Shown one piece after another: positions 27,703 to 40,799 of a stretch of DNA of 64,000 nt; positions within the stretch are counted from its first letter, which is position 1; each line of letters begins with the position of its first letter. The notes below the pieces were generated by a model. The model worked only from the letters and a program-made list of their open reading frames with translations. It was not told the DNA's origin and made no database searches. The DNA is from Eledone cirrhosa (Eukaryota), in the NCBI GenBank assembly GCA_964016885.1, contig OZ024747.1, forward strand, positions 31,124,001 through 31,188,000. Reading direction: 5' to 3'. Both the position numbers and the translations under genes were made by a program.

Positions 27703-27785
27703 CAGTGGAACTTTGGATTATGAACCTTATTTTGGTCCTGAAGGCTGTTTGTAAACCGAAATTATTTTTCCCATAGAAAATGTTG
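27703..27785. mobile_element. Possible Tigger/pogo-type MITE end
   Basis: CAGTGGAACTTTGGATTATGAAC..TTTCCCATAGAAA; only one end seen. Confidence 0.35.
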
Positions 27786-27994
27786 AGAGAGAGAGAGAGA
27801 GAGAGAGGGGAGACTGTGTGTAAAAGACAGATAGATATCAGCATGGTAACTAAATACACAACAAGTGGTGCTTTCCTGCCAATATTTAAGAATTTAGAGG
27901 GATTTAGAAATAATACTGACTTTCTCATTAAACTCCTGTTTGGAACATAAATTAAGAAATGTTCTCCAATAAAATAGAGCTAATAAAATAGAGT

Positions 27995-28238
27995 TCATGT
28001 CATTTGATTTTGTCCATAAATTCTGTCCAGCGATTTTTCCTGAAACATTCTAACTACTTGCCCATAGTAATGGAGCTGTGATCTCTCAAGTTGGAGAAGT
28101 AGTGACTCTACCTGGAGTGGCTCTCTGATCTCTGAGCTACACATTCTACATGTACATGGAGTTCCACTAAAGCAGGTAGAGAAGTCCAAGAATTTCCGGG
28201 CTGTGTTCATGAATGATGGTAGGCAGGAGGCTGAATTA
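27995..28238 (-). mobile_element. RTE LINE fragment with an inverted 5' piece
   Basis: - piece SEIREPLQVESLLLQLERSQLHYYGQVVRM; + piece GVPLKQVEK..AVFMNDGRQEAE. Confidence 0.6.
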
Positions 28239-28949
28239 AGACATTCAAACCTGATATTTAAAACAGATCTAATTGATCAAGTTTAACATAGAGCTAAATA
28301 ACAAAACAGTTAAACCTGATATTTAAAACAGATCTAGCCTGAAAGAATCTCATAAAATGTGTGACTGAAAGGAAAGCCAAATATAAGCAAAGTAAAATAT
28401 ATTGAACATAGAAAATGAATTAATTTTAAAGCTGCTTAAAGGATAGTTGTGTTTTTATTTCAGCAATGTAAGAATAATTGCAAAAGAGACTACAATAATT
28501 AAATGCTCACAAGAAAAATAAATCCTATTACCTATTTCTAAATATTATGAAAATTGCAATTATAGAATTTACATAAACATATCAAATGTATAGACATGGC
28601 TGTCTAGTTAAGAAATACATTTCCAAATATGATTACACTTCATGGCAACTGAGTCCAGTATATGATAACTTAGAGTTCACCAATGGAAACTGAGTACAAG
28701 CTTATCTTATGTATTCTCAGTCACTTCACAGCACAAAAACTGGAAGCTACAGGCTCAAAACAGACTTTAGATACGTAATGTTAGTTTGCATGAATGATGG
28801 TGTATAAATGAACTTTGAGAAAATATTGGGTATAGGTTTTAGTTTGCTAGAGAGAAGAATGAACTAATTATTACATCTGATATGTATACATATATATATA
28901 CATACATATATCATCATCATTTCCTTTTACGATTTTACAGTGTAATATG

Positions 28950-29425
28950 GACCCTAGTCCCTATAATCTCATTTCTACAGCTGAGTAAACTGGAGCAATG
29001 GGAAATAAAGTGTCTTGCTCAAGGAAACAACACATCACCCAGTCTGAGAATTGAACTCACAATCTTTCGATTGCAAGGCCAATACTCTAACCACTAAGCC
29101 ATGTGCCTCCATATATATATATATATGGGTAAAAGGTAAAGACCACCTTTGGTCACAAAAGATCATGGGATTTGCACGGAGAAAGTTCCCCTTCAAGGCA
29201 CAAGTCACCCATGCATACCAGCCTCTCCTATCCATGCCACCGGGGAAAGGCAAAGGCCGATACAGTTTGACACCAGTGACGTCACAACTCATTTCTACAG
29301 TTGAATGAACTGGAGCAAGGTGAAATAAAGTGTTTTTCTCAAGAACACAACGCAAAGCCCGATCCAAGAACTGATCTCACAATCCCACAATTGTAAGCCT
29401 GATGCTCTAACCATTAAGCCAAGCA
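28950..29425 (-). mobile_element. Two family 2 SINEs
   Basis: Heads CTCTAACCA(C/T)TAAGCC near 29085 and 29405; shared CTCATTTCTACAG(C/T)TGA body. Confidence 0.75.
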
Positions 29426-29442
29426 ACTTGTTATGTCAGTAG

Positions 29443-29552
29443 AATTTTATAGCCATGTCAGTAGAATGAACACTTCATTCTTGCTCTTATGTTCGCATGC
29501 CAACATAAGAGCAAGAATGAAGTGTTCATTCTACTGACATGGCTATAAAATT
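29443..29552. repeat. Perfect inverted repeat (51-bp arms, 8-nt spacer)
   Basis: AATTTTATAGCCATG..CTTATGTT-CGCATGCC-AACATAAG..CATGGCTATAAAATT. Confidence 0.95.
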
Positions 29553-29618
29553 GAGGCTTGGTTGCATAATTTCAAACGAATCGAATGTTATTATTAATAT
29601 TTGAAAAACTCAGATTAC

Positions 29619-29653
<35 letters not shown>

Positions 29654-29654
<1 letters not shown>

Positions 29655-30338
29655 GGAAAGTTGGTAGTAGTAATTGCAGTGATAGACACATTTTTCCAAT
29701 GCAGGCGGGTTCTATAGAAGTGGTTGATAGCTTCGGGTACCTAGGTGATCAGATTAGCATGGGAGGGGGGTGTTCCGAGGCCATAGTATCTAGAATAAGA
29801 ACGGGTTGGAAGAAGTTAAGGGAGCTGCTTCTTCTGTTGACAAAGAAGGGTTTCTCCCTGTGTACGATAGGACGGTTATATGATGCCTGTATGAGATGCG
29901 TGATGCTGCATGGTAGTGAGACATGGGCAGCAACTGCAGAGGATATGCTACGGCTGGAGAGAAATGAAGCAAGTATGTCCGTTGGACGTGCAATGTCAAT
30001 GTGTGAGAAGAACCAAGCATAGACGAGTTGAAAAAGAAACTGTGTATAAGATGGATAAGTTGTGATGTGCAGGAGAGAAGGCTGAGATGATATGGACATG
30101 TGATGCGCATGGAGGATGACTGCTGGATAAAGAAGTGCCAAGAAATCCCAGTAGAAGGAAGACACGGTAGAGGAAGACCACGAAAAACATAGGCAGAGGT
30201 GGTGAGAGCAGATCTTAGATTGCTGAAGCTCACGGAGGAGATGATGAAGAACCGTGACAAATGAGAGATGCTGTGCTGAATAGGACCCATCCCACCCTTG
30301 AAGGCAGAGAAAAGCGGATGTAAAATGATGATGATGAT
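29654..30338 (+). mobile_element. RTE LINE family B, 5'-truncated
   Basis: VVDSFGYLGD..MLHGSETW; 3' end matches ~56060-56122; (GAT)n tail. Confidence 0.9.
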
Positions 30339-30454
30339 ATATATACAGGGTGCGGACGATATTTGTTCGCAATTTTCAACTGCTAATTTTATGCAAATTA
30401 TTTTACTTCCGTTGTCACTCTTGTCTTCATAAAAACAGTGACTATTTATTTATT

Positions 30455-30955
30455 TACTTCCAGAAGCCTACCAACCACCTAATAACCTACAAATCAGGCA
30501 AGCACATATGCCAGATTGACTTCCTGCTAGACATACAGGAAGGTGTGGAAAAGAAAGGTCTGGAAGCTAAAAGACCTTTCATTAAAATATAAATTTAGCA
30601 AAGCCCTTCAAGATGTGTATGACGAAAAAGAAGACGATTTAGAATCGTATGACATAGATAATAACTGGAATTTCTTGCGTGACAACTTACTGCAGGCTAC
30701 TGAAGAAACTTGTGGTTGTGGCAGAGCTCCAACCAGACAGAGTGACCTGGTGGTGGAACAGCACGGTAGATAGGGCCATTAGAGACAAAAGACTGGCATG
30801 GAAGGCTTGGAAAAATGGTGGGAGTAGAGAAGGATATACAGCCGCTAAGAGAGAAGCTAGACGTCAGGTGTACTTCACACGCAGGGAGGCTGAAAGTAGG
30901 AGGTTTGCCAATGTTCTGCGACAGGAAGACGAGAGACGTGCGGTATTCCGCATTA
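30455..30955 (+). mobile_element. RTE LINE family B internal fragment (end of EN and linker)
   Basis: FQKPTNHLITYKSG..QIDFLL, then RKVWKLKD..TWWWN; highly similar to ~53832-54260. Confidence 0.85.
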
Positions 30956-31154
30956 CACCTTATTTGGATCATCAGCTCAGTTTAAATGAGATTATACGGT
31001 AAAGGAAAAACAATTGTACGAATACGCATGTGCAGAAACAGTCACTTCCCAAAGGGGAGATAACCCACATTAGATTCGTGCAGTGGAGATGATTCTAGAG
31101 ACTCAGAATAATAATAGATTATTCATGTTATTCAGTCCAGAACATGGAGTAGCC

Positions 31155-32330
31155 TGGAGAAAGAAGTCAACTACTTCAGGACTATTCAACGTATCGATGG
31201 CATCATTCAATAGTGCTGATGTATGCAACTTGGCTTATTTATTTTAGATACATCTCAAACTAGATTGCCGGACTTCCACATGGACTTATACTGCGACGAT
31301 GGTCTGACTCTATTGAGTCATAAAGTGGTCACGACCTGGGCCCTATTAAAAAAAGGTTTAATTACTACTTTTAATGAGTTAGGACTTAAGATAACAGTAG
31401 GTACTAACCTTACTAGTGTAGATTACTTAGAAATGAATTTAGATCTTCACACACATCTTTAGACCCTCCATAAACTAAATGAAAAACTAAATTACATGGC
31501 TCCAACCAACAGTCTTTAGAAACTTCATGAAAAATATCAGCACTAGAATCTCTAATCTCTCTTCCCATAAAACAATCTTTGACAGAACAGCACCCTATTA
31601 CAACATGGCATTCACTAACAGCGGCTTCTTGCAACCAATTGCTTACTCCCCTTCTAAGGCCAACAACAATACAAAAAGAAATTGTGCTAATAGAAAAATA
31701 ATTTGGTTCCCCCCCACTTTCTCACTCAACGTTAAAACTTATGTAGGTAAAAGATGTTTAGCTCTCTTAGATAGACATTTTCCCATAGGTCACAAATACT
31801 GCTCCATCTTTAACAGACACAGGGTGAAACTAGGATAATCCTGTGCTAAGAATATGAGGGCCCACATCACGAACAACCCTAAGAGCAGTACCCCACCAGG
31901 ATGCTCTTGCTGAAGGACTGAAGCTTGTCCTCTTCAACAACAATGTAACACAACCACTGTAATTTATGAAGCTCTGGTCACCTCTAACTGACTAAATCAA
32001 CAACAAGAGGTCAAATCCTATGTAGGTATAGTGGGAGGGCCGGTTTAAAGAATGCTTCCTGAATCATCTGTCGATCTTCAGATACCTGGACAAATGATCG
32101 TCCACGAAGCTCACGTGCTACATAAGGTCACTCAAGGACAAAAGTGTGGATTACTCCATTCAATGGAAAGTTATTACTAAGTTTAAGCCATACAGAAATG
32201 GGAATCCATCTTGTGGGCTGTGCATTGAAGAAAGAATCGTTATCTTGAGAAGATTGCATAATAGCGCTTGTCTAAATTCAAGGAATGGCCTTTTTTCTCA
32301 TTGCTGACACGTCTGGAAACCTATTACATA
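31155..32330 (+). pseudogene. Decayed PLE RT / GIY-YIG ORF (Naiad/Neptune-like layout)
   Basis: WRKK..FNVSMASFNSADVCNL, LYCDDGL, GLKITV..VDYL, RKIIWFPPTFS..IFNRHRVKLG, CSC*RTEACPL..C..VIYEA..YVG, IQWKV..CGLC..LNSR..C*H. Confidence 0.85.
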
Positions 32331-32533
32331 ATTACAAAGCTCCAGACTGATTAATATGAATAATCTATAATATTCTGGAGTGAATAACATGAATAATCTA
32401 TTATTATTCTGTGTTTCCACATTTGTCTTCCTGCACTGATCTAACATGGGTTACCTCCTCTTTGGGAAATAACTGTTGCTGCACATGCGTATTCGTACAA
32501 TTGTTTCTCCTTTTCCATACAATCTCACTTAAT

Positions 32534-32574
32534 CCGAGCTGATGATCTGAATAAGGTGAAACAATTGTTCCCGG
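32534..32574 (+). ncRNA. Minimal type I hammerhead ribozyme in the PLE pLTR
   Basis: CCGAG-CTGATGA-TCTGAATAAGGT-GAAAC-AATT-GTT-CCCGG (one stem I mismatch). Confidence 0.75.
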
Positions 32575-32605
32575 AAATGGTGAACTAACTGTAGTGGAAC
32601 TACTT

Positions 32606-34718
32606 ATCATCATCACCGTTTTATGTTCATTCTTCCTCGCTAGCATGCATTAGACGGCTTGTTCTGTTGCAGGCAATGCCAGGTAGGGACCAATGCCTTA
32701 CTCATACAAAACTGATTTTGGCTCGATTTCTACAGCTGGATGACCTTCCTAACACAAACCTCATTTACAGTGAGTACTGGGCGCTTTTTTGTCGTGGCAC
32801 CTACACAACCACTTTACAATGTGGGCTGGGTGCTTTTTTGTCGTGGCACCTCCATGACCACTTTACAGTGTGGGCTGGGTGCTTTTTTACTGTGGTGCTT
32901 ACACGACCAATTTACATTGTGGACTGGGTGATTTTTGTTGTGACACCTTCACGACTACTTTACAGTGGGAGGGCGCTGGGGGAAAATTGTCTATATGCTT
33001 CAGCTTTGGCTTGTACCCGTGGGAAGTCGGTTCTTCTGTATTTCTGCATAATGCCAGAGGTCTCGGTCCTGTGCCACGAGAGGTGCAATTAGGCAAGATC
33101 AGCTTATATCACCTCATCCCAGGTCTTCTTGGGTCTCCCCACTCCAAAGCTTCCATCGACTTTTAGTGCTCTGCACCTTTTTATGCAGCTGTCATCCTTC
33201 ATACACATCACATGTCCATACCATAGCAACCTCCTCTCCTGCACACAACATTTGATTCCTCTTATGTTCAGTCACTCTCTCAATTCTGTTATGCTTTGCC
33301 GTTCGCGTATATTACTATTACACATCCATCGGAGCATGCAAGCTTCGTTTCTTTCTAATCTATGCAAGTTTCCTACAGGCAGCGCCCAGGTCTCACTACC
33401 ATGTAACATTGCTGTTCGTATGCATGCATCATACAGTCTGCCTTTCATTTTGAGGGAAAAGCCTTTCACAGCTAGCAATGGCAGTAGCTCCCTGAACTTC
33501 TTCCATCCCGTTCTTACCCTAGTTACTGTACTTTCCAAACACCCACCTCTGCTGCTAATTCGGTCACCTAGGTAGCATAAGCTGTCTACTGTTTCTACAG
33601 ATCCCTCCCAGAGTTTGGTAGTGCTTGTTTCCTGAGGCCGTTTGCTGATTACTGTCTCAGTACAACTGCTATATGTAAACCTACATTCCTAACTACTTCC
33701 TGAGATCCCACTACATCTCTTGTGTATCCATAGTTTGCATTTGGGGCAGAGGATGGAATTCCTAACTACACCTTTCCTACATACTGAGCAAGGCCATTTC
33801 TCTGGGGGGATCTGGTTTCTGTTTTCTTGTCTTCCAACAAGAACCTTAGTCTTTGTCAGGTTAACTTTGAGACCCATCTTTCTATGTCCCTGCTTCCATG
33901 TTTGGAATTTCTTCTCTAGTTCCACCATAGATTCAGTTATAAGTATAAGATCATCCGCGTACAGAAGTTCCCATGGGCATCCAGTCTTAAACTCTTCTGT
34001 TATAGCCTGCAAAATGATAATAAACAGGAGAGGGCTTGAACAGAGCCCTGGTGGACACCGACCTGTACGCTAAATTCCTCGCTATAGTCATTGTTAACCC
34101 TAACTTTGCTGACTGCTCCCCTATTCATGGCTTATACAGCCTTCACAAGCGATTCATCTATTCCTAGTTTTCTAAGAGCCCACCAGATTATAGCACGGGG
34201 ACTCTGTCGAAGCTTTTTTCCAGATTGACAAATGCCAGGTAGGGCTGCTTACTTTTAGCTAGATACTTTTCCTGTAACTGCCTCACAAAGAAGAGCGTAT
34301 CAGTGGTGCTTTTCCCTGGCACAAACCCAATCTGCATCTCATCTAGTTTTACCCAGTCCCTAATCAGCTGTGCTATAACTCTTCCCATTACTTTGATGAC
34401 CTGGTCCATCAGCTTGATACCTCTATGGTTTCCTCTATCTAGCACATCTCCTTTACCCTTGTAGCAGTTAACAATGATGCTGCTGTACCAATCCTTTGGT
34501 ATGACACCTTCTAGTATTACCTGGTTAACAATACATGTGGTTATGGTGTGACCTACTGACCCAGATGTTTTCAGCATCTTGGCAGCTATACCCGATGGAC
34601 CGTTTGCCTTCTCTGTCTTCATATCGTTAATTCCCTTACTTACTACACTGCTGCTGACTTGTATTGCTGGGCCCTCTATAGAGTCACCTGGGACAGGGTC
34701 TCTTTCTCCCATGCATTC
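32606..34718 (-). mobile_element. RTE LINE (A-related subfamily), 5'-truncated
   Basis: YKGKGD..NHRGIKL..QIGFVPGKSTTD, GCPWELLYADD, PHD finger, MLHGSETW; 3' UTR with ~39-bp array and (GAT)n tail. Confidence 0.92.
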
Positions 34719-34871
34719 AGGTTGTCAGGTTTTTTTTGAAGTTTGTGTTTGGGATGAGTTTGTAGAGAGATTGAGAGAGAGGGGGGAGGGGAGAATGTCC
34801 AGCGTGGTTTATTTCATAATAAGCTCAAATATATGTTGAGGAAATAACCGAATAATAATAATAATTGTTTT

Positions 34872-35251
34872 AAGGAAAGCACAAACAAGGGACAGGTCCC
34901 CTCTTCAGTTGTCTGCTGAAAGTCTCGGATATTTCAACCCATTAAAGACAATATGTCTATCTCCAGTGCGTCAATAACTGTTGTAAGAATTTGGGGAAGG
35001 AAAAAAGGAGAGAGAAAAAATAAATTAAACAGAAGGGGAAAAAAGAGAAAAAAACGCAGTAAACATACTGGTAAAGGGGAGAACATGAGGAGAAGCACAT
35101 GTATGTATGTAACCAAGAGAGAGAGAGAGAGAGAGGGAGAGAGAGTGAAGTCAAACCGACGACTGATAAAGTGTATTTTGAAATAAAAGGAAAGCACAAA
35201 CAAGGGACAGTTCCCCTCTTCAGTTGTCTGCTGTAGGTCTTGGACATTTCA
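34872..35251. repeat. ~65-bp direct repeat, period 315
   Basis: AAGGAAAGCACAAACAAGGGACAG(G/T)TCCCCTCTTCAGTTGTCTGCTG at 34872 and 35187. Confidence 0.85.
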
Positions 35252-35988
35252 ATGCCTGACACTTCCCTGCTTTTGTTTTGTGATATTTTGGTCTTTTTTC
35301 TCATACTTTTCATGTTTGATATAAATCAACTCCATTTACACAGATGTGGTACTATTCATTCACTATGTTTACGTGAATATGCATGTGTGCATGTATGTAT
35401 GCATGTGTGCATGTACATATGATATGTTCATGTATGTATGAATCTGTGTATACATGCAAATGTGCATATCATCAAGGGAGTGCCAATAAACATGAGTATC
35501 TAGCACAAGTTACATTATTTTTTATTCAAAAGAAAAATTTAGACATTCAATAAATAAAATATAGATCAAAGTGGGGTTTAATATTTAGAAAATTCTAAAT
35601 GTTGTGCCAGGATGGCAGTAGCTGAATGAATGAAACCAGGAATAGAGTAAAATAATCAAGAATAGTGTCTTGCTATTTCTTATATCTCAATTAATCAAAA
35701 TGCCATAGATAGTCAAGGTTCATTATTGATTTTTCTTCTTCCTTTACATGGGACTGGCATTGAATTTTGACATGTTGCTTCCTTGTTTATTAAGCATTCA
35801 ATTTGGAAAGACGGATTTTCAAATTTTGGTTAATAAATATCCATTAATGATATGAAGAATACAATACATCTTACAACACTTGCTCGAATATATTTCAACA
35901 TTTTATATTTTGTTATTACTGATTCATTCTATATTCAATCGGTTCCTCTGCAAATCTCTCACTCTCACTCTTTCTCTGTATATGTATA

Positions 35989-36066
<78 letters not shown>

Positions 36067-36069
<3 letters not shown>

Positions 36070-36261
36070 GTAGAACACTGGAAGGTAATATCCGTAGTGG
36101 TAGAGCACTCAGCCCATGGGACGAGTTAGGTAGAAGTGGTTACACAACAGTTAGTTCACCATACCGAGAACAATTGGTTCACCTTAGCAGATCCTCAGCT
36201 GAGGATCTGCTAAGATGAAACAATTGTTCTCGGTATGGTGAACTAACTGTTGTGTAACCAC

Positions 36262-36266
<5 letters not shown>
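36067..36266. mobile_element. PLE pLTR fragment in (TA)n forming a palindrome (36131-36266) with hammerhead core
   Basis: Centre CAG|CTG at 36198/36199; CTGAGGA-TCTGCTAAGAT-GAAAC-AATT-GTT-CTCGG; homologous to 32534-32605 and 50311-50582. Confidence 0.85.
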
Positions 36267-36306
<40 letters not shown>

Positions 36307-36324
36307 TATATATATTATATATAT

Positions 36325-36402
36325 ACAGAATCTCCCCCAAAAATATATACAGACTTCAACAATTCTAATAAATATGTGTATAAATTTGTTGGGACACCAT
36401 AC
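36325..36402. mobile_element. Possible tiny decayed Tc1-type MITE
   Basis: Imperfect inverted ends TCCCCCAAAAATATATACA / TGTATAAATTTGTTGGGACACC. Confidence 0.3.
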
Positions 36403-36418
36403 ATATATTTATATATGT

Positions 36419-36492
<74 letters not shown>

Positions 36493-36889
36493 GTAACATG
36501 TGCTTATGCTGTATTAGACTAAATATAATTAGTCTGTTAGTTGGGATTTAAAAAAAACCTATTGAATGGAAAAAGAATGAAGCTCATATTACTACCCATT
36601 TTTCAAATTCGTTAACCTGCTTTGTGTCTCTCTATTTTTATACACATGTATATATATATATTAACATTTAAATAAGTGTTAATATAATTCAGTTAGAATA
36701 GCTTATCCAATTTTTTGTATTTATTTACAAAACAATGTTTACTGGAACAGATATTATAGAAGTTTGAGAGATTCATTCTGCAACATTGATCAAGGAAGTG
36801 AATAGAAGAGAGAGAACATTGAGGGGGAGAATGGCAGGATTAGTGGGTGGTGGGAGAGACAAACTGAATTATTTTGTGAGGCTGGAAGA

Positions 36890-37170
36890 AAGGAAATAGA
36901 ACCAGTCATGAATATTGTGAATAGAAATCGAAAGAGATGGCTGGGTCATGTGTTGAGGAAGGATGAAAGTGACTGGAAGAGAGGAGTGATGGAAATAAAT
37001 GTAGAGAGTAGAGGAAGGGACAGACCAAGAAAGACAAAGACAGTAAGGAAGGGTATAAGGGCAAGGGGGCTGGTGAGAGGGGATATGGAGGATGGGGAAA
37101 ATAAAGAAGACTGTTATGATGTCCACAATGCTAATCTTTCCTTTAATGGTGAAAATGGCTTTAAAGCATG
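36890..37170 (+). mobile_element. LINE 3' fragment (RTE-like)
   Basis: RWLGHVLRK..VESRGRDRPRKT. Confidence 0.65.
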
Positions 37171-40100
37171 AGTTGTATCAGAAATCCAGTACAATGTGGT
37201 ATAAACGTATAAACAAATAAAACAAAACAAAATAATGTTTTACCCAGTATATTTCAACATGATATTTCAGGGCTAATACCCGCATTTCAAAGGCAAAACG
37301 AAAATGGTTTAAAACAAAACAAACGATATTAGCCTTTCTGCTTTGTGCATTTGTAATCTATCATTTATTTGTGGCTTTTTTCATTTTACATTTGAAAAGA
37401 GGTTAGTAGCTCTGAAATGACATGTTGAAATTTATTGGGTAAAACATTACTTTATTTTGCTTAATTTGTTATCCTTTAACCTTTATACATTTCTACCACA
37501 TTGTACCAGCTTTCAGAAACTTATCAATCATGCGTTGTATATTATTCATGACAAATCAGCCACACATGGTGCAACAAGAATGCACACATTAGGTAACAGA
37601 GGGAAAAGCGTTTCTAATATCAACGATTTACGTTCATTTCTTGCTTCGTATTAGGTTTAACCTTTGAAAGATATGATGAAAGAGCATGAGTCTTGTGAAC
37701 ATTGTCTGCATTACATATACATAGATATTTATCTCTATCAGAGTAGTTTGGTAAGCTTAGAACCCAAAGAAGTTTGGGCACAAAGCCAAAACAAAATTAT
37801 TTTGGAATTTTTATTTGTGCAAGTATATTCGTGATTGAAAACTTTAAAACTTGTGAATTACTATATAGAGACTCAATTCTTTCAGAGTTGCACATTTTAT
37901 TTAAATCTAGTCTCAGGCTATGTTATAAATTGTTGAATCTGTATGAATTATTGACCCTGGCAAAATAATAACATAATTTAGATAACATCTAATAAGAGTC
38001 TGATATATATTCAGTAGATAGTGAATTGGCAGAGGTGTTAAAACATCAGATAGAATTCTTTCTAGTATTCGTTCTGACTTTCTGCTCTCAGAGTTCAAAT
38101 CATGCTGAGGTCAACTTTGCATTTCATCTATTTTAGTTACCACTCTAAGACTGGAGTCTATTCTTCCTCTATACATCTTTCTCACTTCTTTCCTCTCACT
38201 CACTATCCTTCTCTGGAATAAATCTGCTGCTTTCAGACAAGGAGAGGAAATGGACTTTGTCAGTTTTAGAAATGCCCTAGAAACACCATATGTCAATATG
38301 GCACCCCTACAACTGCTTTGGGAGTTATGGGTCCATATATAACTACATATAATTCATAGAAAATGCTTAGGAAAACATTGTTATTGTTAGTTTGGCTACC
38401 AGTGCTATTGGCTTCTTATCTACATGTTGGAGCAATATCATCTTAAGCACTGTTTAACATCCATTTTCCACACTAGCGTGGGTTACATGAGTTGTTCTGT
38501 TGAGAGGCAAGCCAGGTCAGATGACCGTATCTTGCTCATGCAGATCCGTTTCTGGCATTGTTTCTATGGCTGGATGCACTTCCTAATGTCAACCACATTT
38601 ACAGTGTGGACTGGATGCTTTTTGTCATGGCATCTACACAACCACTTTAGAGTGTGGACTGGGTGCTGTTGGAGCAATATGTATTTTCAACTGATGATTC
38701 CTAAGGATGTAAAATAAACATATTCTATTCTGTTACTACCAAAGTCAATTTGAGTCCAGGGAAATGTGTTTCTGATGATGATGTATAAAGCATAGAATTT
38801 TGTTTTTGAAACATTGAGCAAGACTTTCTTTTTCTTTAATCAATTTGATATATGTAAAAATCTATTGTTTATACTGTTTTAATTAACTTTATTCAGGACT
38901 AAAACTACAGAAGATAAACATCAATGACATGTCATCCACATTTAAAATACAATCAAATAATTTTGACGTCCTAAACAGGCCAAAGAGGTCTGTATCTAGC
39001 TTACATACGCTCATTATCAAGTGCAGAGAAGTTATCGTGTCTTTTGACACAATCTGAAGGATCCTCTCAAGACCTTGTTTGATTAGCTTTCTACAGCTGG
39101 ATGCCCTTCCTAACACTCAAAATTTCATGGATCACGATTATTTGTATCTATAATCATCATCACTGTCATTATATGTCCTCTTTCTACAATGGGTTGATAA
39201 AGTCAATTTCTAAGTCCTTATACATTTTGAATGGTTTGTACAGGTGGATGTTATTCCTAATATCAAACACCTTACAAGCATGCTGTGTGCATTTTTTGTA
39301 ATATCAGCACAGGTGTGTTATTTTATGATACCAGTATTACCAATTTATAGAGTGGACTGGGTACATTTGATCATTTACATTCATTAAACTTAACAGTATT
39401 TGGGCAGTATTAGATTTTTTTTTTTAATTCTGTGATCAATGAAAGCGTTCATGTATTTACTTTAACATCTATATTCAATAGTTGCATCATTTTTTTTTTT
39501 TTTTTTTTTTTTGCTAGCTGATATTGTAATTGATCAATATCTAATTTTATTTTGTCTGATTAGTAATATATTGATGTACTTAAATGATGTATTTAAATCA
39601 GAGAATCATGTTGACAACGTTATGTTGAGAGATAAATTATTGGCCATTTGTGTCACAAATTGGTCAGTCACATATTCTTTGCTATCAATTCATAGTAGAT
39701 CAATGTTAAAATAATATACGAGAATGACTTCAATATTTTCCACTTAATCAGATTGGCAAAATTGTTATGAAACATTTTCATGTGTATCATGTTATATATG
39801 ATGAAAATTATCAAGAATTATTGACTGTTTCCAGCTTAACACCAGTGATCTTACACATCTGACATTCTCTTTGACTCAAAGTTTGTTTTAAAACAATAAA
39901 TATTAAATTGCAAATATTCTATTCTGACATAAATGAAGAGAAAATATTTACTCAGACATAATGAGTCAAATATTTATTCCATACACTAACAATTAACCAC
40001 TTTGATAAAGAAATTTGATGAAGACTTTATATAAAAAGAAAATTCTAACCAATACATTCTTTTATTTTACTTAAGCCTTGAGAATTGTTGTACGAGTGAT

Positions 40101-40799
40101 TGCATATTCTTTAATCAAAGTAAATATACAAAGTCATAAACATGTAAAGTTGACATCCGACAATAATTTTATATCATATGGAGAAGAGAGATTCTAAAGG
40201 AAATAAAATTACAATATCAGACACGATTAAATAATTCCCCCTCTCACTCCATCACCAAAATAATTGTTTCTACTTTTGGCACAAGGCCACCAATTACCCA
40301 GTGTATTACTGGTACTTTATTTTTATCGACCCTGTAAGAATGAAAGGCCAAGTTAACTTCGGCAATGAGTTCAAAAATGGATATATCTAAATTAGATGAA
40401 CCAAAATATTAGTCAATTAGCCAGGATAAGTTAATTAGCATAGCACTAAGAAAGTGGATGCTGGCATGGTTATGTGAGGAAAAATAAAAATTGCTTCACA
40501 ACCACACGATTGTATGTTCAATCACACTGTATGGTACCTTAGGTAAGAGTCTTCAACCATGACCTTGGGCTGACCATTATGTTAACAATGGAATTTGCTA
40601 GAAAGTCATTGTGTAGAAGCTTATCTCTGTGTGTGTATATATATATACAAAAATTAAACAGAAATAACAAAGCAAACAACTCAGTACAATAAAGACATAT
40701 ATTAGTTTAACATTTAATATAGAAGGAAAAGAATATTAACGTTTCAGAACACTAATCCTTCATCAGAAGAGAGAATGAGAAATAAAAGGTGATATTGGA

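Larger units (their letters stand above)
30956..32605 (+). mobile_element. Penelope-like element (RT + C-terminal GIY-YIG), 5'-truncated, with inverted 5' pLTR
   Basis: 30956-31143 is an inverted copy of ~32372-32558; coding remnant lies between; hammerhead in the 3' pLTR. Confidence 0.85.

Noticed and set aside
31911-32307. Three in-frame TGA codons in the PLE endonuclease region as selenocysteine (reported for some Naiad PLEs)
   Set aside because: They sit at positions that look like Arg (CSC*R, K*SST, C*H), consistent with CGA>TGA decay rather than Cys positions; the ORF has other lesions and no SECIS was identified
40735-40770. Hammerhead core on - (CTGATGA-AGGA TTAGTG TTCT-GAAACGTT)
   Set aside because: Stem I does not pair; at most a relic, so not annotated
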